This document shows, in pieces, positions 51,884-61,688 of a stretch of 64,000 nucleotides of DNA. How positions within the stretch are numbered: position 1 is the first letter of the stretch; every line of letters starts with the position of its first letter. The stretch comes from a virus. The notes beneath the pieces are model-generated. The model had not been told where the DNA came from. It saw nothing but the letters and a program-made list of their open reading frames with translations, and did no database searches. Position numbers and translations under genes: made by a program. Where the stretch lies: the IMG/VR virus record IMGVR_UViG_3300027782_000066, positions 1 through 64,000 of that record; one strand, 5' to 3'.

Positions 51884-52594
51884 ATGAAAACCTATAGAGA
51901 TTTGAAATTAACTCTGCGTTATCATAATACTCTTAATTCTAAGTTCTGGGTTGGTGAGGCAATTAAGCCAGAAGTCAGAGAAGCATTATTGAAAATTGCT
52001 GACGAGTGGGCACGGTTTGCTAACATTCCACTTCACGCTATTCAAGATGTAATCTTGGTTGGCGGTAATGCTAACTATAATTACACCAAGTATTCTGATT
52101 TAGATCTTCATCTATTAGTAAGGAAAGAAGAGATTGCTAACTGTCCAGAATTAATTGATGATTATCTTCAGGATAAGAAGCAACTGTGGGCATTAACTCA
52201 TAACATTCAAATCTATGGGCACGATGTAGAATTATATGCTCAGGATTTATCTGCACCAACTCCATCAGGTCAAGGAGTATTCTCACTTCAAAGTAGTTTG
52301 TGGTTAATCCGTCCCGTATATCAAGAAGTTAATTTATCTGATCCAGCAATCACTGCTAAAGTGAAACAGTATATGGATAAGATTGATTTTCTTATTCAGA
52401 ACAAAGCAGATGACCGTGATGCTTTTGAAAAGTTGAAAGAAAAAATTCGTGAAATGAGAGCATCCTCAATTCAACGTGGTGGAGAATTTGCTGTAGAAAA
52501 TCTTGTATTCAAAGAACTTCGTAACAGAGGATACTTAGATAAACTCAGTCAGCATTTGAAAAGTCTTAAGGTAACGAGCTTGTCATTGAACTAA
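51884..52594 (+). CDS. Pol-beta-superfamily nucleotidyltransferase-like protein
   Basis: 'DVILVGGNANYNYTKYSDLDLHLLV' (hG[G/S]-x~9-DxD) and third acidic strand 'DVELYAQD'. Confidence 0.75.
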   Translation: MKTYRDLKLTLRYHNTLNSKFWVGEAIKPEVREALLKIADEWARFANIPLHAIQDVILVGGNANYNYTKYSDLDLHLLVRKEEIANCPELIDDYLQDKKQLWALTHNIQIYGHDVELYAQDLSAPTPSGQGVFSLQSSLWLIRPVYQEVNLSDPAITAKVKQYMDKIDFLIQNKADDRDAFEKLKEKIREMRASSIQRGGEFAVENLVFKELRNRGYLDKLSQHLKSLKVTSLSLN

Positions 52595-52608
52595 CTCTGT
52601 GCTATAAT
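52580..52608 (+). promoter_or_regulatory. Sigma70-type promoter for the gp43 operon
   Basis: TTGTCA 52580-52585, 17-nt spacer, TGc-TATAAT 52600-52608. Confidence 0.75.
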
Positions 52609-52631
52609 TGGGTATATTTCGTGAGAGGTTT

Positions 52632-52955
52632 ATGACCGTTCAACTCGTGCTGCTTAAGTCGGGGGAAGAACTTATTGCAGATGTAAGGGAAATTGTGGAT
52701 AAGGATACTGAAAAATCTATGAGTTTAGTATTCATTAATCCTCATATTTTAGTGACCTCTGGTGATACTTTAGTGTTTGATCCGTGGCTTCCTTTGTCTG
52801 ATTCACGACAGTTTTTTATCCCTTATGACTGGGTAGTAACTGTTTGTCAGCCAGTCAATCATATTGTAGAAGAATTTAACAACCAATTTGGAGAAAATAA
52901 TGACAGTCAAAGTGATTCTATTGAAAACCCATCAGTGTCTGATCTCGGAGATTGA
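52632..52955 (+). CDS. Conserved hypothetical protein, Sm-like candidate
   Basis: GAGG SD + ATG 52632; 'VQLVLLKSGEELIADV...NP...PWLPLS...DWVVT..QP'. Confidence 0.72.
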   Translation: MTVQLVLLKSGEELIADVREIVDKDTEKSMSLVFINPHILVTSGDTLVFDPWLPLSDSRQFFIPYDWVVTVCQPVNHIVEEFNNQFGENNDSQSDSIENPSVSDLGD

Positions 52956-53229
52956 AGAACGAGAAGATGAAGATGCTGATTGCGTACTGATTAATCCTAA
53001 AGAAATTGTACGCAACTATCTTTATGAAGAAGAAGATGAAATCCCACCTAATTGTTTAGAATTTGGAACAGAATTTCTTGGTAAGAAGGGGGCACGGGTA
53101 TATTTGACTCTTGATAATTATATTGATTATACTTATCAAAAACAAATTCCCATCAGATCTACTGATATTATGACCATTGTAGATCCTCGTGAGGATGTGC
53201 TAAAATTTTATCATGAAGTTGTTGGTTGA
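52900..53229 (+). CDS. Conserved hypothetical protein, Sm-like candidate
   Basis: GGAG SD + ATG 52900; 'VKVILLKT...LISEI...LINP...DIMTIVDP'. Confidence 0.7.
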   Translation: MTVKVILLKTHQCLISEIEEREDEDADCVLINPKEIVRNYLYEEEDEIPPNCLEFGTEFLGKKGARVYLTLDNYIDYTYQKQIPIRSTDIMTIVDPREDVLKFYHEVVG

Positions 53230-55721
53230 TGAATTTTTACACAAATGTTGTTATTGTTTCCGACACGGTTCTTTATCGTGGTTTCTCGGGAGGTGAACGT
53301 GTTGAGTTGAGGGAGAAATTCTCTCCAACTCTTTTTGTTTCAAGTAAGAATGAAACCAAATATAAAACTCTTGAAGGTGAATGTGTAGAACCTATTAAGT
53401 TTGGTGGTATCAATGAAGCAAAAGAATTTGTCAAGAACTATGAGGCAGTAGAAAATTTTACCATCTATGGTAATACCAAGTATCTGTATCAATACATCCT
53501 GTCGGAGTATCCTAAGGAAGTTGATTATGATTTTACTAAACTGAATATTATTTCTTTGGATATTGAAACTACTTCGGAGAATGGTTTCCCAAATGTTGAA
53601 GAAGCAATTGAGGAAATTCTTTGCATCACAGTCAAAGATTTTACCTCCAAGAAAATTACAACTTGGGGTTGTGGTGAGTTTGAAAACTCTCGTGCTGATG
53701 TGAATTATATCTATTGTGAGAACGAGAAAGATCTTCTCTTAAAATTCCAGCACTTCTGGGTTAATGCAACACCAGACATTGTTACTGGATGGAATGTTAA
53801 GCACTTTGATATTCCATTCATCTGCCGTCGTATGAATCGTGTACTTAACACTAAGCATATGAAATCTCTATCTCCTTGGAACCTCGTGTATGAGCGTGAT
53901 GTTTATATTAAGGGACAGAAAAAGATTTACTATGACATTCTCGGAGTAGCTACATTAGACTATTACGATCTCTATCAGAAATTTACATACACCAATCAGG
54001 AGAGTTATCGCCTGGATCATATTGCATCTGTGGAACTTAATGCAAACAAACTAGACCACAGTGAGTTTGAAAACTTTCAAGATTTCTATCGTAACAACTG
54101 GCAGAAGTTTATTGAGTACAACATCCACGACGTAGAACTTGTGGACATGTTGGAAGATAAAATGAAATTGATTGAACTTGCTGTGACGATGGCATATGAC
54201 GCAAAGGTAAACTTTGAGGATGTGTTCTATCAGGTTCGTATGTGGGACAGTATTATTTACGATGCTCTTTCACAGGAGAATATTGTCATTCCTCCAAAGA
54301 GTAATAGTACTAAGGACCAACAATATGCTGGTGCTTATGTGAAAGAACCTGTTCCTGGTATGTACGATTGGGTGGTGAACTTTGACTTAAACTCTCTGTA
54401 TCCACACCTGATTATGCAGTACAACATCAGTCCTGAGACGCTCCTGGATGAGCGTGTGAGTGGCATTAATGTGGACCGTCTCCTTAATCAAGAGATTGAT
54501 ACGAGCACCCTGCAGGGGGTTACGCTGTGCCCTAACGGCACTCTGTACAACACCACCAAGCAGGGGTTCCTCCCTAAACTGATGCAGAAGATCTATGATG
54601 AACGTACCATCTATAAAAAGAAAATGCTTGCTGCTAAGCAGGAGTATGAGAACACTAAAAATCCTGAATTGCTGAAGGATATTTCTAAGTACAATAACAT
54701 TCAGATGGCACGTAAGATTCAACTTAACTCTGCCTATGGTGCTATTGGCAATGAGTATTTTCGCTATTTCCGAATAGAGAATGCTGAAGCAATTACTCTG
54801 TCTGGTCAACTTTCAATTCGCTGGATTGAAAAGAAAATGAATGAATACCTTAACCGTATCTTAAAAACAGGAGACAAAGATTATGTCATTGCTATTGATA
54901 CTGATTCCATTTATCTCAATCTGGGTGATCTGGTGCAATCTGTATTCAAGGGAAGAAAAACGCCTGATGAGAAAATTGTTGGGTTCCTTGACAAGATCTG
55001 TCAAGTGGAACTTGAACCTTTTATTGAAGGTTGCTATGAAGAACTGGCGAAGTATGTAAATGCTTATGCTCAGAAGATGAATATGAAGCGTGAGAACATT
55101 GCCAATCGTGGTTTCTGGACCGTGAAGAAGCGTTATGTTCTTAACGTATGGGACAGTGAAGGTGTTCGTTATAAAGAACCTAAGATGAAAATCTGTGGTA
55201 TGGAAACTCAACGTTCTTCCACTCCATCATACTATCGAGATAAATTATATGAGGCATACAAAATCATTATCAATGGTACTAATGATGACCTTATTATATT
55301 CGTTGATAAGATCAAGACCGATAGTAAAAAGCAAAGTTATGTTGACGTAGCATCACCCAGAGGTTGTAATAATCTTGAAAAATATAGAAGTTATAGTAGC
55401 GTTTATAAACCCGCTACGCCAATTGCTGTCAGAGGTGCATTACTTTATAATCACTATGTACGAGAGCATAAGATTACTAATAGATTTCCTATCATCCAAG
55501 AGGGAGAAAAAATCAAATTCATCTATTTGAAAACTCCAAACCCAATTGGAGAGAACGTAATCTCATTCTTCCAGAGTATCCCGCCTGAATTTGGTCTGGA
55601 AAAGTACATTGACTATACACTGCAATTTGAAAAGTCCTTCTTAGAACCGCTCAAATCTGTGTTAGAATGCATTCACTGGCAATACGAACGTCGTGGTTCA
55701 CTTACAAATTTCTTTAGTTGA
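53229..55721 (+). CDS. gp43: Family B DNA polymerase gp43
   Basis: Exo I 'DIET', 'DLNSLYPHL', 'KIQLNSAYG', 'DTDS', 'KKRY'. Confidence 0.98.
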   Translation: MNFYTNVVIVSDTVLYRGFSGGERVELREKFSPTLFVSSKNETKYKTLEGECVEPIKFGGINEAKEFVKNYEAVENFTIYGNTKYLYQYILSEYPKEVDYDFTKLNIISLDIETTSENGFPNVEEAIEEILCITVKDFTSKKITTWGCGEFENSRADVNYIYCENEKDLLLKFQHFWVNATPDIVTGWNVKHFDIPFICRRMNRVLNTKHMKSLSPWNLVYERDVYIKGQKKIYYDILGVATLDYYDLYQKFTYTNQESYRLDHIASVELNANKLDHSEFENFQDFYRNNWQKFIEYNIHDVELVDMLEDKMKLIELAVTMAYDAKVNFEDVFYQVRMWDSIIYDALSQENIVIPPKSNSTKDQQYAGAYVKEPVPGMYDWVVNFDLNSLYPHLIMQYNISPETLLDERVSGINVDRLLNQEIDTSTLQGVTLCPNGTLYNTTKQGFLPKLMQKIYDERTIYKKKMLAAKQEYENTKNPELLKDISKYNNIQMARKIQLNSAYGAIGNEYFRYFRIENAEAITLSGQLSIRWIEKKMNEYLNRILKTGDKDYVIAIDTDSIYLNLGDLVQSVFKGRKTPDEKIVGFLDKICQVELEPFIEGCYEELAKYVNAYAQKMNMKRENIANRGFWTVKKRYVLNVWDSEGVRYKEPKMKICGMETQRSSTPSYYRDKLYEAYKIIINGTNDDLIIFVDKIKTDSKKQSYVDVASPRGCNNLEKYRSYSSVYKPATPIAVRGALLYNHYVREHKITNRFPIIQEGEKIKFIYLKTPNPIGENVISFFQSIPPEFGLEKYIDYTLQFEKSFLEPLKSVLECIHWQYERRGSLTNFFS

Positions 55722-55727
55722 GGTATT

Positions 55728-56738
55728 ATGAGTTTTTTAAACAATGTTATTAAAGAGTTAGACAATCCATACGCAAATGTTGTGGATGATTCAACTGTAT
55801 GTAAGACGTTTGTTGATACTGGGTCTTACATACTCAATGCTCTTATCAGTGGGAGCATATTTGGTGGTCTCCCATCAAATAAAATCACTGCACTTGCGGG
55901 AGAATCTGGTACAGGTAAAACTTTCTTTGCTCTCTCCATCGTCAAGCACTTTCTTGATAGCAACCCAGAAGCACAAGTAATCTATTTTGAATCTGAATCA
56001 GCTATCGAAAAGGATATGCTTGGTGTTCGTGGTATTGATATTAAACGTGTTGGTTTAGTTCCTGTTACTACGGTACAAGAGTTTCGCACTCAAAGTATTA
56101 AAGTAGTCGATGAATATATGAAACTTAAGAAAGAAGTTAGACCTCCGCTGCTTTTTGTGCTAGACTCCTTAGGTATGCTCTCTACTACTAAAGAGGTTCA
56201 GGATGCTACCGATGGTAAGGAAACTAAAGACATGACCCGTGCTCAGGTTATCAAATCCATCTTTCGTATTCTTTCACTCAAGTTGGGTCAAGCAGAAATT
56301 CCTTTGATTGTTACAAATCACACATACGATGTGGTTGGTGCTTATGTACCAACTAAAGAAATGGGTGGCGGCAGTGGTCTAAAGTATTCAGCATCGTCTA
56401 TTCTTTTTCTTTCCAAGAAGAAGGAGAAAGATGGCACTGAAGTTATTGGCAACATCATTAAAGTGAAGGCACATAAGTCACGCTTTACAAAAGAAAATTC
56501 CATTATTGAAACGAGGTTATACTATGATGCAAGAGGTCTCGACAAGTATTACGGGTTGGTCGAACTTGGAGCAAAGCACGGAGTATTTGAACCTGTGGGT
56601 AACCGTGTTAAGGTGGGGGATATCACTGTATATCCTTCGGTCATTTATAAAGATCCTGATAAGTATTTCACTCCAGAAATCCTCCAAGCACTTGACGAAT
56701 GTGCCCGAAAAGAATTCTCCTACGGATCTGAATCTTGA
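55728..56738 (+). CDS. uvsX: RecA-like recombinase UvsX
   Basis: 'GESGTGKT', 'VLDSLGML', 'DMTRAQ', '[12 protein letters not shown]'. Confidence 0.96.
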   Translation: MSFLNNVIKELDNPYANVVDDSTVCKTFVDTGSYILNALISGSIFGGLPSNKITALAGESGTGKTFFALSIVKHFLDSNPEAQVIYFESESAIEKDMLGVRGIDIKRVGLVPVTTVQEFRTQSIKVVDEYMKLKKEVRPPLLFVLDSLGMLSTTKEVQDATDGKETKDMTRAQVIKSIFRILSLKLGQAEIPLIVTNHTYDVVGAYVPTKEMGGGSGLKYSASSILFLSKKKEKDGTEVIGNIIKVKAHKSRFTKENSIIETRLYYDARGLDKYYGLVELGAKHGVFEPVGNRVKVGDITVYPSVIYKDPDKYFTPEILQALDECARKEFSYGSES

Positions 56739-58120
56739 TGGAAACGATTGAAAGTACAATTCTGAAGAACCTCGTTTCTAACGAGAGTTATATGCGTAAG
56801 GTAGTACCTTATATCAAGGGTGAATACTTTACGCAGTATTCTGATAAGATTATGTTTGATATTATTTCAGACTTTGTAGTTTCATATGGTCAATGTCCTA
56901 CTAAGGAAGTTCTACAGATTGAAGTAGAGAATCGTAAGGATTTGAATGAAGATTCTTATAAGGAGTTACAAATCAAGATTGATGATATCAGCAACACTGA
57001 AGTAGATTTTCAATGGATGTTGGATTCTACTGAGAAGTGGTGTAAGCAGAGAGCAGTATATCTTGCACTTCTTGAGAGTGTAAAGATTGCAGACGGCAAG
57101 GATAAGAACCGTACTGAAGATGCCATTCCAAGTATTCTTCAGGAAGCACTTGCTGTATCATTTGATGAACATATTGGTCACGATTATATTGAAGATTTTG
57201 AAAAACGATTTGAATACTATCACCGAAAGGAAAATAAAATTCCGTTTGATTTAGAACTCTTCAATAAGATTACCAAAGGTGGTCTGCCTAATAAGACATT
57301 GAATGTTGCCCTCGCTGGTACTGGTGTGGGTAAATCATTGTTTATGTGTCACTGTGCTGCTGCTGCGCTCACCGAAGGTAAGAATGTTTTATACATTACT
57401 TTGGAGATGGCAGAAGAAAAGATTGCTGAACGTATTGATGCTAATCTTCTCAATGTCAATATCAAAGACATTGAGGATATGCCAGAACAATTGTTCAGTA
57501 GTAAGATTACAAGACTAGCACAGAAAACTTCAGGGAAACTTATTGTTAAAGAGTATCCAACTGCATCTGCTCACTCTGGGCATTTCAAAGCACTTCTTAA
57601 TGATCTTTCAATGAAGAAAAATTTCAAACCAAATTTAATCTTTATTGATTATCTGAACATCTGTTCCTCGTCTAGATATAAAGGATCATTGGTTAATTCT
57701 TATACCTATGTTAAAGCAATTGCAGAGGAACTTAGAGGGTTGGCTGTGGAGTTCAATGTCCCCATTATGTCTGCTACTCAAACTACTCGTAGTGGTTATG
57801 GTAGTACTGATGTTGACCTTACCGACACTTCTGAATCCTTCGGTCTTCCTGCTACTGCTGACTTTATGTTTGCTCTTATAAGCACTGAAGAATTAGAAAA
57901 CCTTAATCAGATTATGGTTAAGCAACTGAAGAACCGTTACAACGATCCTACTATATTCAAAAGATTTGTGGTGGGTATTGACAGAGCGAAGATGAGGTTG
58001 TATGATGTAGAACAATCTGCTCAGAAGGACATTGGCGATTCTGGGCAGCAATATGACTTTGAGGAAGTTGCCAAAACTCAAAGTACTTCAAAGGCAAAAC
58101 TAACCGATTTTAAATTTTAA
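56738..58120 (+). CDS. gp41: Replicative helicase gp41
   Basis: 'AGTGVGKSL', 'IVKEYPT', 'IFIDYLNIC', 'SESFGLPATAD', 'KQLKNRY'. Confidence 0.97.
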   Translation: METIESTILKNLVSNESYMRKVVPYIKGEYFTQYSDKIMFDIISDFVVSYGQCPTKEVLQIEVENRKDLNEDSYKELQIKIDDISNTEVDFQWMLDSTEKWCKQRAVYLALLESVKIADGKDKNRTEDAIPSILQEALAVSFDEHIGHDYIEDFEKRFEYYHRKENKIPFDLELFNKITKGGLPNKTLNVALAGTGVGKSLFMCHCAAAALTEGKNVLYITLEMAEEKIAERIDANLLNVNIKDIEDMPEQLFSSKITRLAQKTSGKLIVKEYPTASAHSGHFKALLNDLSMKKNFKPNLIFIDYLNICSSSRYKGSLVNSYTYVKAIAEELRGLAVEFNVPIMSATQTTRSGYGSTDVDLTDTSESFGLPATADFMFALISTEELENLNQIMVKQLKNRYNDPTIFKRFVVGIDRAKMRLYDVEQSAQKDIGDSGQQYDFEEVAKTQSTSKAKLTDFKF

Positions 58121-58123
58121 TCT

Positions 58124-58528
58124 ATGACTATTGATTTGGATAAGTATGTTCAATTTGTTGGTGCTGTTACCAGTCCAGCATCCCGTAATACCACAGAGTT
58201 TGTTGATCGCATTCTTGAATTGAAAGATCAAGGTGCTGACATTCAACGTCTGCTTACTGCTGCTTGTGGTATTACTGCTGAGGGCGGAGAGTTTACTGAG
58301 ATTGTAAAGAAGATTGCATTTCAAGGAAAACCTTATAATGAAGATAATGTCTATCATATGAAGCGGGAACTTGGAGATATTATGTGGTACATTGCTCAAG
58401 CGTGTATTGCTCTTGATATGTCATTTGAAGAGATTGCTCAGATGAACTTTGATAAGTTGAATGCACGATACCCAGAAGGAACGTTCAGTATTGAACGAAG
58501 TGAGAACCGAGTAACTAATGATATCTAA
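58124..58528 (+). CDS. mazG: MazG-like NTP pyrophosphohydrolase
   Basis: 'AEGGEF.EIVKK', 'RELGDIMWY', 'KLNARYP'. Confidence 0.92.
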   Translation: MTIDLDKYVQFVGAVTSPASRNTTEFVDRILELKDQGADIQRLLTAACGITAEGGEFTEIVKKIAFQGKPYNEDNVYHMKRELGDIMWYIAQACIALDMSFEEIAQMNFDKLNARYPEGTFSIERSENRVTNDI

Positions 58529-58556
58529 TAAATACCCCCTATAAGGGGGATTTTTT
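58528..58556 (+). terminator. Late promoter ATAAATA directly upstream of a terminator / SD-sequestering hairpin
   Basis: ATAAATA 58528-58534; ccccct-ata-aggggg 58535-58549; T6 then ATG 58557. Confidence 0.75.
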
Positions 58557-59903
58557 ATGGCTAGATCTGGAAAGGAGGCGTGGGAAAAATATTTTAAAGG
58601 ACAAGAAGTACAAACTACTGTTAAGGCAAATAGCAAATCCAGTGCTAGTACTAATAACCTTAATGTAGGTAGTTCTAAAACTAAATTAGAACATGGAACA
58701 CCGATCACTGTTTTTGGTGGAGATGAATATAAAGCACAATTAGGTGTGCGATTAAAGGATGGTACATATGGTTTCTTACCTCTTACCAGTATTCAGAAAC
58801 CTACAGAGCAAAAAGTAAGATATAATATTGAGGCATATAAGTTAATTCAACTTGGTAAAAAAGAAAAACGAATGTACAATGGAGTTGAGTATGACTTCAG
58901 AGTATTTAAAACTTCGGAAGAATTAGCAAAATCAATTCTTCACGGACTAGAAAATGAACCATCGGTTCCTGAATATCTTGTTGAGCAAATGTTTGAATTT
59001 TTTTATGAGAACGTTGAAGGTGATGTCTCTAAGATAAATTGGAATGCTAATGTTTTAGGTGGTGATAAAACTGAAATTGGAAAATATATTGGTGAGTTAC
59101 TTCCTGGATTTTTAATTTTATCTAAGAAATTTTCTGCCTTTAGTCAGCAAGATTTTATTTACACTGGTTCTCTTCCAGAATATATTGTACCAGAAGATCC
59201 ATCATTCTCTGGTGTTGATAGTATGTTTGATTATAGAGAAGTTCAAAAAGATGGAGGTATTTCTGCCATCTCAAGTAAGTATGGTGTTGGTGCTAAAGCA
59301 TCATTCTGGTCTAATATTATGCCAGAAGTACTTAAGTATCCAGATAAATTTTCTAAAATGTCTAGAGATTCTACAATAAAAAGATTAATTTCTATTGCTA
59401 GTAACTATAATAATGTAGAAAGATCTGGTAGAAGTATTGTATTTCAATATGGAATGGAATATTTTCTGGGAGATTTAGTTCACAATCCAGAAGATATTTA
59501 CAAAAAGATAGCAGCAAATACTACAAAGGTAGATCCTGATGTTGCATCAGTTTCTCGTACAGCAAAAAATAAATTAAGTGTATTAAATAGTAGTGTATAT
59601 AAAGAAACTTCTGCACCAGTTTTACTTCGTAATTTAAAAGGTGGTAAGTCACTGACATCTATATTTTCTCGTGCAATTGCTGATGAATTGAATGCTGATA
59701 ATAAAACTATTGCAGCAATTAAAGAACTGGTATCTGGTAAAAATTTCTTTCAACTCAATTTAGATGAAAGTAAATTTAAGAGAGGACAAATTTATTTTAA
59801 TGTTAAAAAATCATCTGCTGTACAAATTACATTCACTGGAACAAAAGCAGCGACTAATGATATTGCAGCAAAACAAGGAACAGTAAATTACTTATTAAAT
59901 TAA
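58557..59903 (+). CDS. Hypothetical protein, putative PD-(D/E)xK-fold nuclease with SH3-like N-terminus
   Basis: 'KYIGELLPG', 'PEDPSFSGVDS', 'ISAISSK' spacing resembles a restriction-endonuclease-like active site; function inferred. Confidence 0.5.
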   Translation: MARSGKEAWEKYFKGQEVQTTVKANSKSSASTNNLNVGSSKTKLEHGTPITVFGGDEYKAQLGVRLKDGTYGFLPLTSIQKPTEQKVRYNIEAYKLIQLGKKEKRMYNGVEYDFRVFKTSEELAKSILHGLENEPSVPEYLVEQMFEFFYENVEGDVSKINWNANVLGGDKTEIGKYIGELLPGFLILSKKFSAFSQQDFIYTGSLPEYIVPEDPSFSGVDSMFDYREVQKDGGISAISSKYGVGAKASFWSNIMPEVLKYPDKFSKMSRDSTIKRLISIASNYNNVERSGRSIVFQYGMEYFLGDLVHNPEDIYKKIAANTTKVDPDVASVSRTAKNKLSVLNSSVYKETSAPVLLRNLKGGKSLTSIFSRAIADELNADNKTIAAIKELVSGKNFFQLNLDESKFKRGQIYFNVKKSSAVQITFTGTKAATNDIAAKQGTVNYLLN

Positions 59904-61111
59904 TGGCAAACATAGTAAAACTAAAACATCTTGAACATTTAGAAGATGAAGTTCTGAATTATGGTTCGGAAGGATGTTTTGCTATTGTTAGATTTCTTAC
60001 CGAACTCAAAGATATGATTGGTAAGAAATCAACAGGAGGATTTCTACAGACAAAATGGGATGGAGCACCTTCAGTAGTTTGTGGTATGGACCCAATGACT
60101 GGTGGATTTTTTGTAGGAACTAAATCAGTATTCAATAAGAAAGATCCAAAGATTTGCTACACAGAGGGTGACATTGACGGTATGTATGAGGGTGAGTTAA
60201 ATAAAAAACTTAAAGATTGTTTAAACTATTTCTCTCAACTTGGTATCAGTGGTGTCATTCAAGGGGACCTTCTATACACTAGTGATAAAAAAACCCAAAG
60301 AATAAATGGTGAAGAACTAATTATATTCAGACCTAATACAATTACTTATGCTATCCCAACTGATCATCCGATTGGTCAAAAAGTCAATAGATCTAAAATT
60401 GGAGTGGTTTTTCATACTCATTATGCTGGCGGCCCTGATCTTGCAGATATGTCTGCAAGACCTCGCGTGGATATTTCAAAGTTTAGTTCTGTTGATGATG
60501 TTGCCGTTATCTCTAATGATACGCAGGTACAGAAAGTATCGTTTACGCAATCAGAAGAACAAACATTCGACAGATACATTCAACGAATAAACAGAATGTG
60601 TGAGATTTCTGCATCATTCCACGACTATATTGTAGAAAATTCTGGTACTACTGGTGATGCAAAATTTTTTGTTGGGTCTTATATCAAACCATTTTTCAAT
60701 AATGAAATTAAGGAAGCAAGAACTATTACTAATGTTGATGCTACTCTAAAATCGTTTGCTGAATTTTATAAAGCAAAGATGGATAAAGAAATCTCCTCAG
60801 TTAAAACTGCAGCAGCACAGACAAAGAAGCGTGAATTTTTCTACACTGGTGTTAAATACTTGGAAGATAATGTAAAAGAATTCAAAGCATTTGTGGCACT
60901 TTATAAAACTATTCAGGAAGCAAAGTTATTCATCATCTCAAAATTGGACTCACTTGAACAGTTCAGAACTTTTGTTGAGATTGACGGTGGGTATAAAGTT
61001 ACTACTCCCGAAGGTTATGTTCTCCACCAAGATGGAGATATGGTGAAATTAGTTAATCGTATTGAGTTCAGTAAAAACAATTTCACTATAGAAAAAAACT
61101 GGAAAAAATGA
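59903..61111 (+). CDS. Conserved phage protein with ATP-dependent ligase/capping nucleotidyltransferase motifs
   Basis: Motif I 'TKWDG', III 'IQGDLLY', IV 'PEGYVL', V 'VKLVNR'; N-terminal 'HLEHLED'. Confidence 0.65.
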   Translation: MANIVKLKHLEHLEDEVLNYGSEGCFAIVRFLTELKDMIGKKSTGGFLQTKWDGAPSVVCGMDPMTGGFFVGTKSVFNKKDPKICYTEGDIDGMYEGELNKKLKDCLNYFSQLGISGVIQGDLLYTSDKKTQRINGEELIIFRPNTITYAIPTDHPIGQKVNRSKIGVVFHTHYAGGPDLADMSARPRVDISKFSSVDDVAVISNDTQVQKVSFTQSEEQTFDRYIQRINRMCEISASFHDYIVENSGTTGDAKFFVGSYIKPFFNNEIKEARTITNVDATLKSFAEFYKAKMDKEISSVKTAAAQTKKREFFYTGVKYLEDNVKEFKAFVALYKTIQEAKLFIISKLDSLEQFRTFVEIDGGYKVTTPEGYVLHQDGDMVKLVNRIEFSKNNFTIEKNWKK

Positions 61112-61680
61112 GCCTCATAGAATATAAAAGTTGTTACTTCACATTCGGTAGATTTCAACCCTGCACCACAGGTCATGCAGATAACTTTGCGAACCTGAAA
61201 AAGATTGCTGGTAGTAATGATTATCGTATTTACATCAGTCAGTCAGTAGATGCTAAAGGTAATAATCCTTTACCTCCCGATGTTAAACTTAGCTATATGA
61301 ATAAGTCATTACCAGAACATCGTGGTAAAATATTCAGTAGTGCTAGTACCAATTCTCATGTGAGTATCCTACAGGAACTACAATCTCTTGGGTATGATAA
61401 TGCATATTTTGTAGTTGGATCTGATAGAGTTGCAAAATTTCAATATATAAAACAATATAATGGTAAGGACTTTGTATTCAATGAACTTGATATAATTTCC
61501 TCTGGTGATCGTGATGCTGATGGTGATGGTTTTGCTATATCTGGAACTAAAATGAGAAGAGCAGCATTTGCTGGTGACTTCAAAACCTTCAGAACTGGTA
61601 TTCCTACAGCACTAACTGATCCTGACTGCAAGAAACTTATGAAAGAAATTGCATCTAAATTGCCCACAAACTTTAAATAA
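61108..61680 (+). CDS. Cytidylyltransferase-like (HxGH/TxGH) nucleotidyltransferase
   Basis: 'FTFGRFQPCTTGH', 'NPL', 'VVGSDRV', 'ISGTKMR'. Confidence 0.85.
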   Translation: MSLIEYKSCYFTFGRFQPCTTGHADNFANLKKIAGSNDYRIYISQSVDAKGNNPLPPDVKLSYMNKSLPEHRGKIFSSASTNSHVSILQELQSLGYDNAYFVVGSDRVAKFQYIKQYNGKDFVFNELDIISSGDRDADGDGFAISGTKMRRAAFAGDFKTFRTGIPTALTDPDCKKLMKEIASKLPTNFK

Positions 61681-61688
61681 AATTCCCA

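Noticed and set aside
31972-58120. Introns, inteins or split genes in gp17, gp20, gp23, gp43 and gp41
   Set aside because: All are continuous ORFs of ordinary length, with no intein or homing-endonuclease motifs
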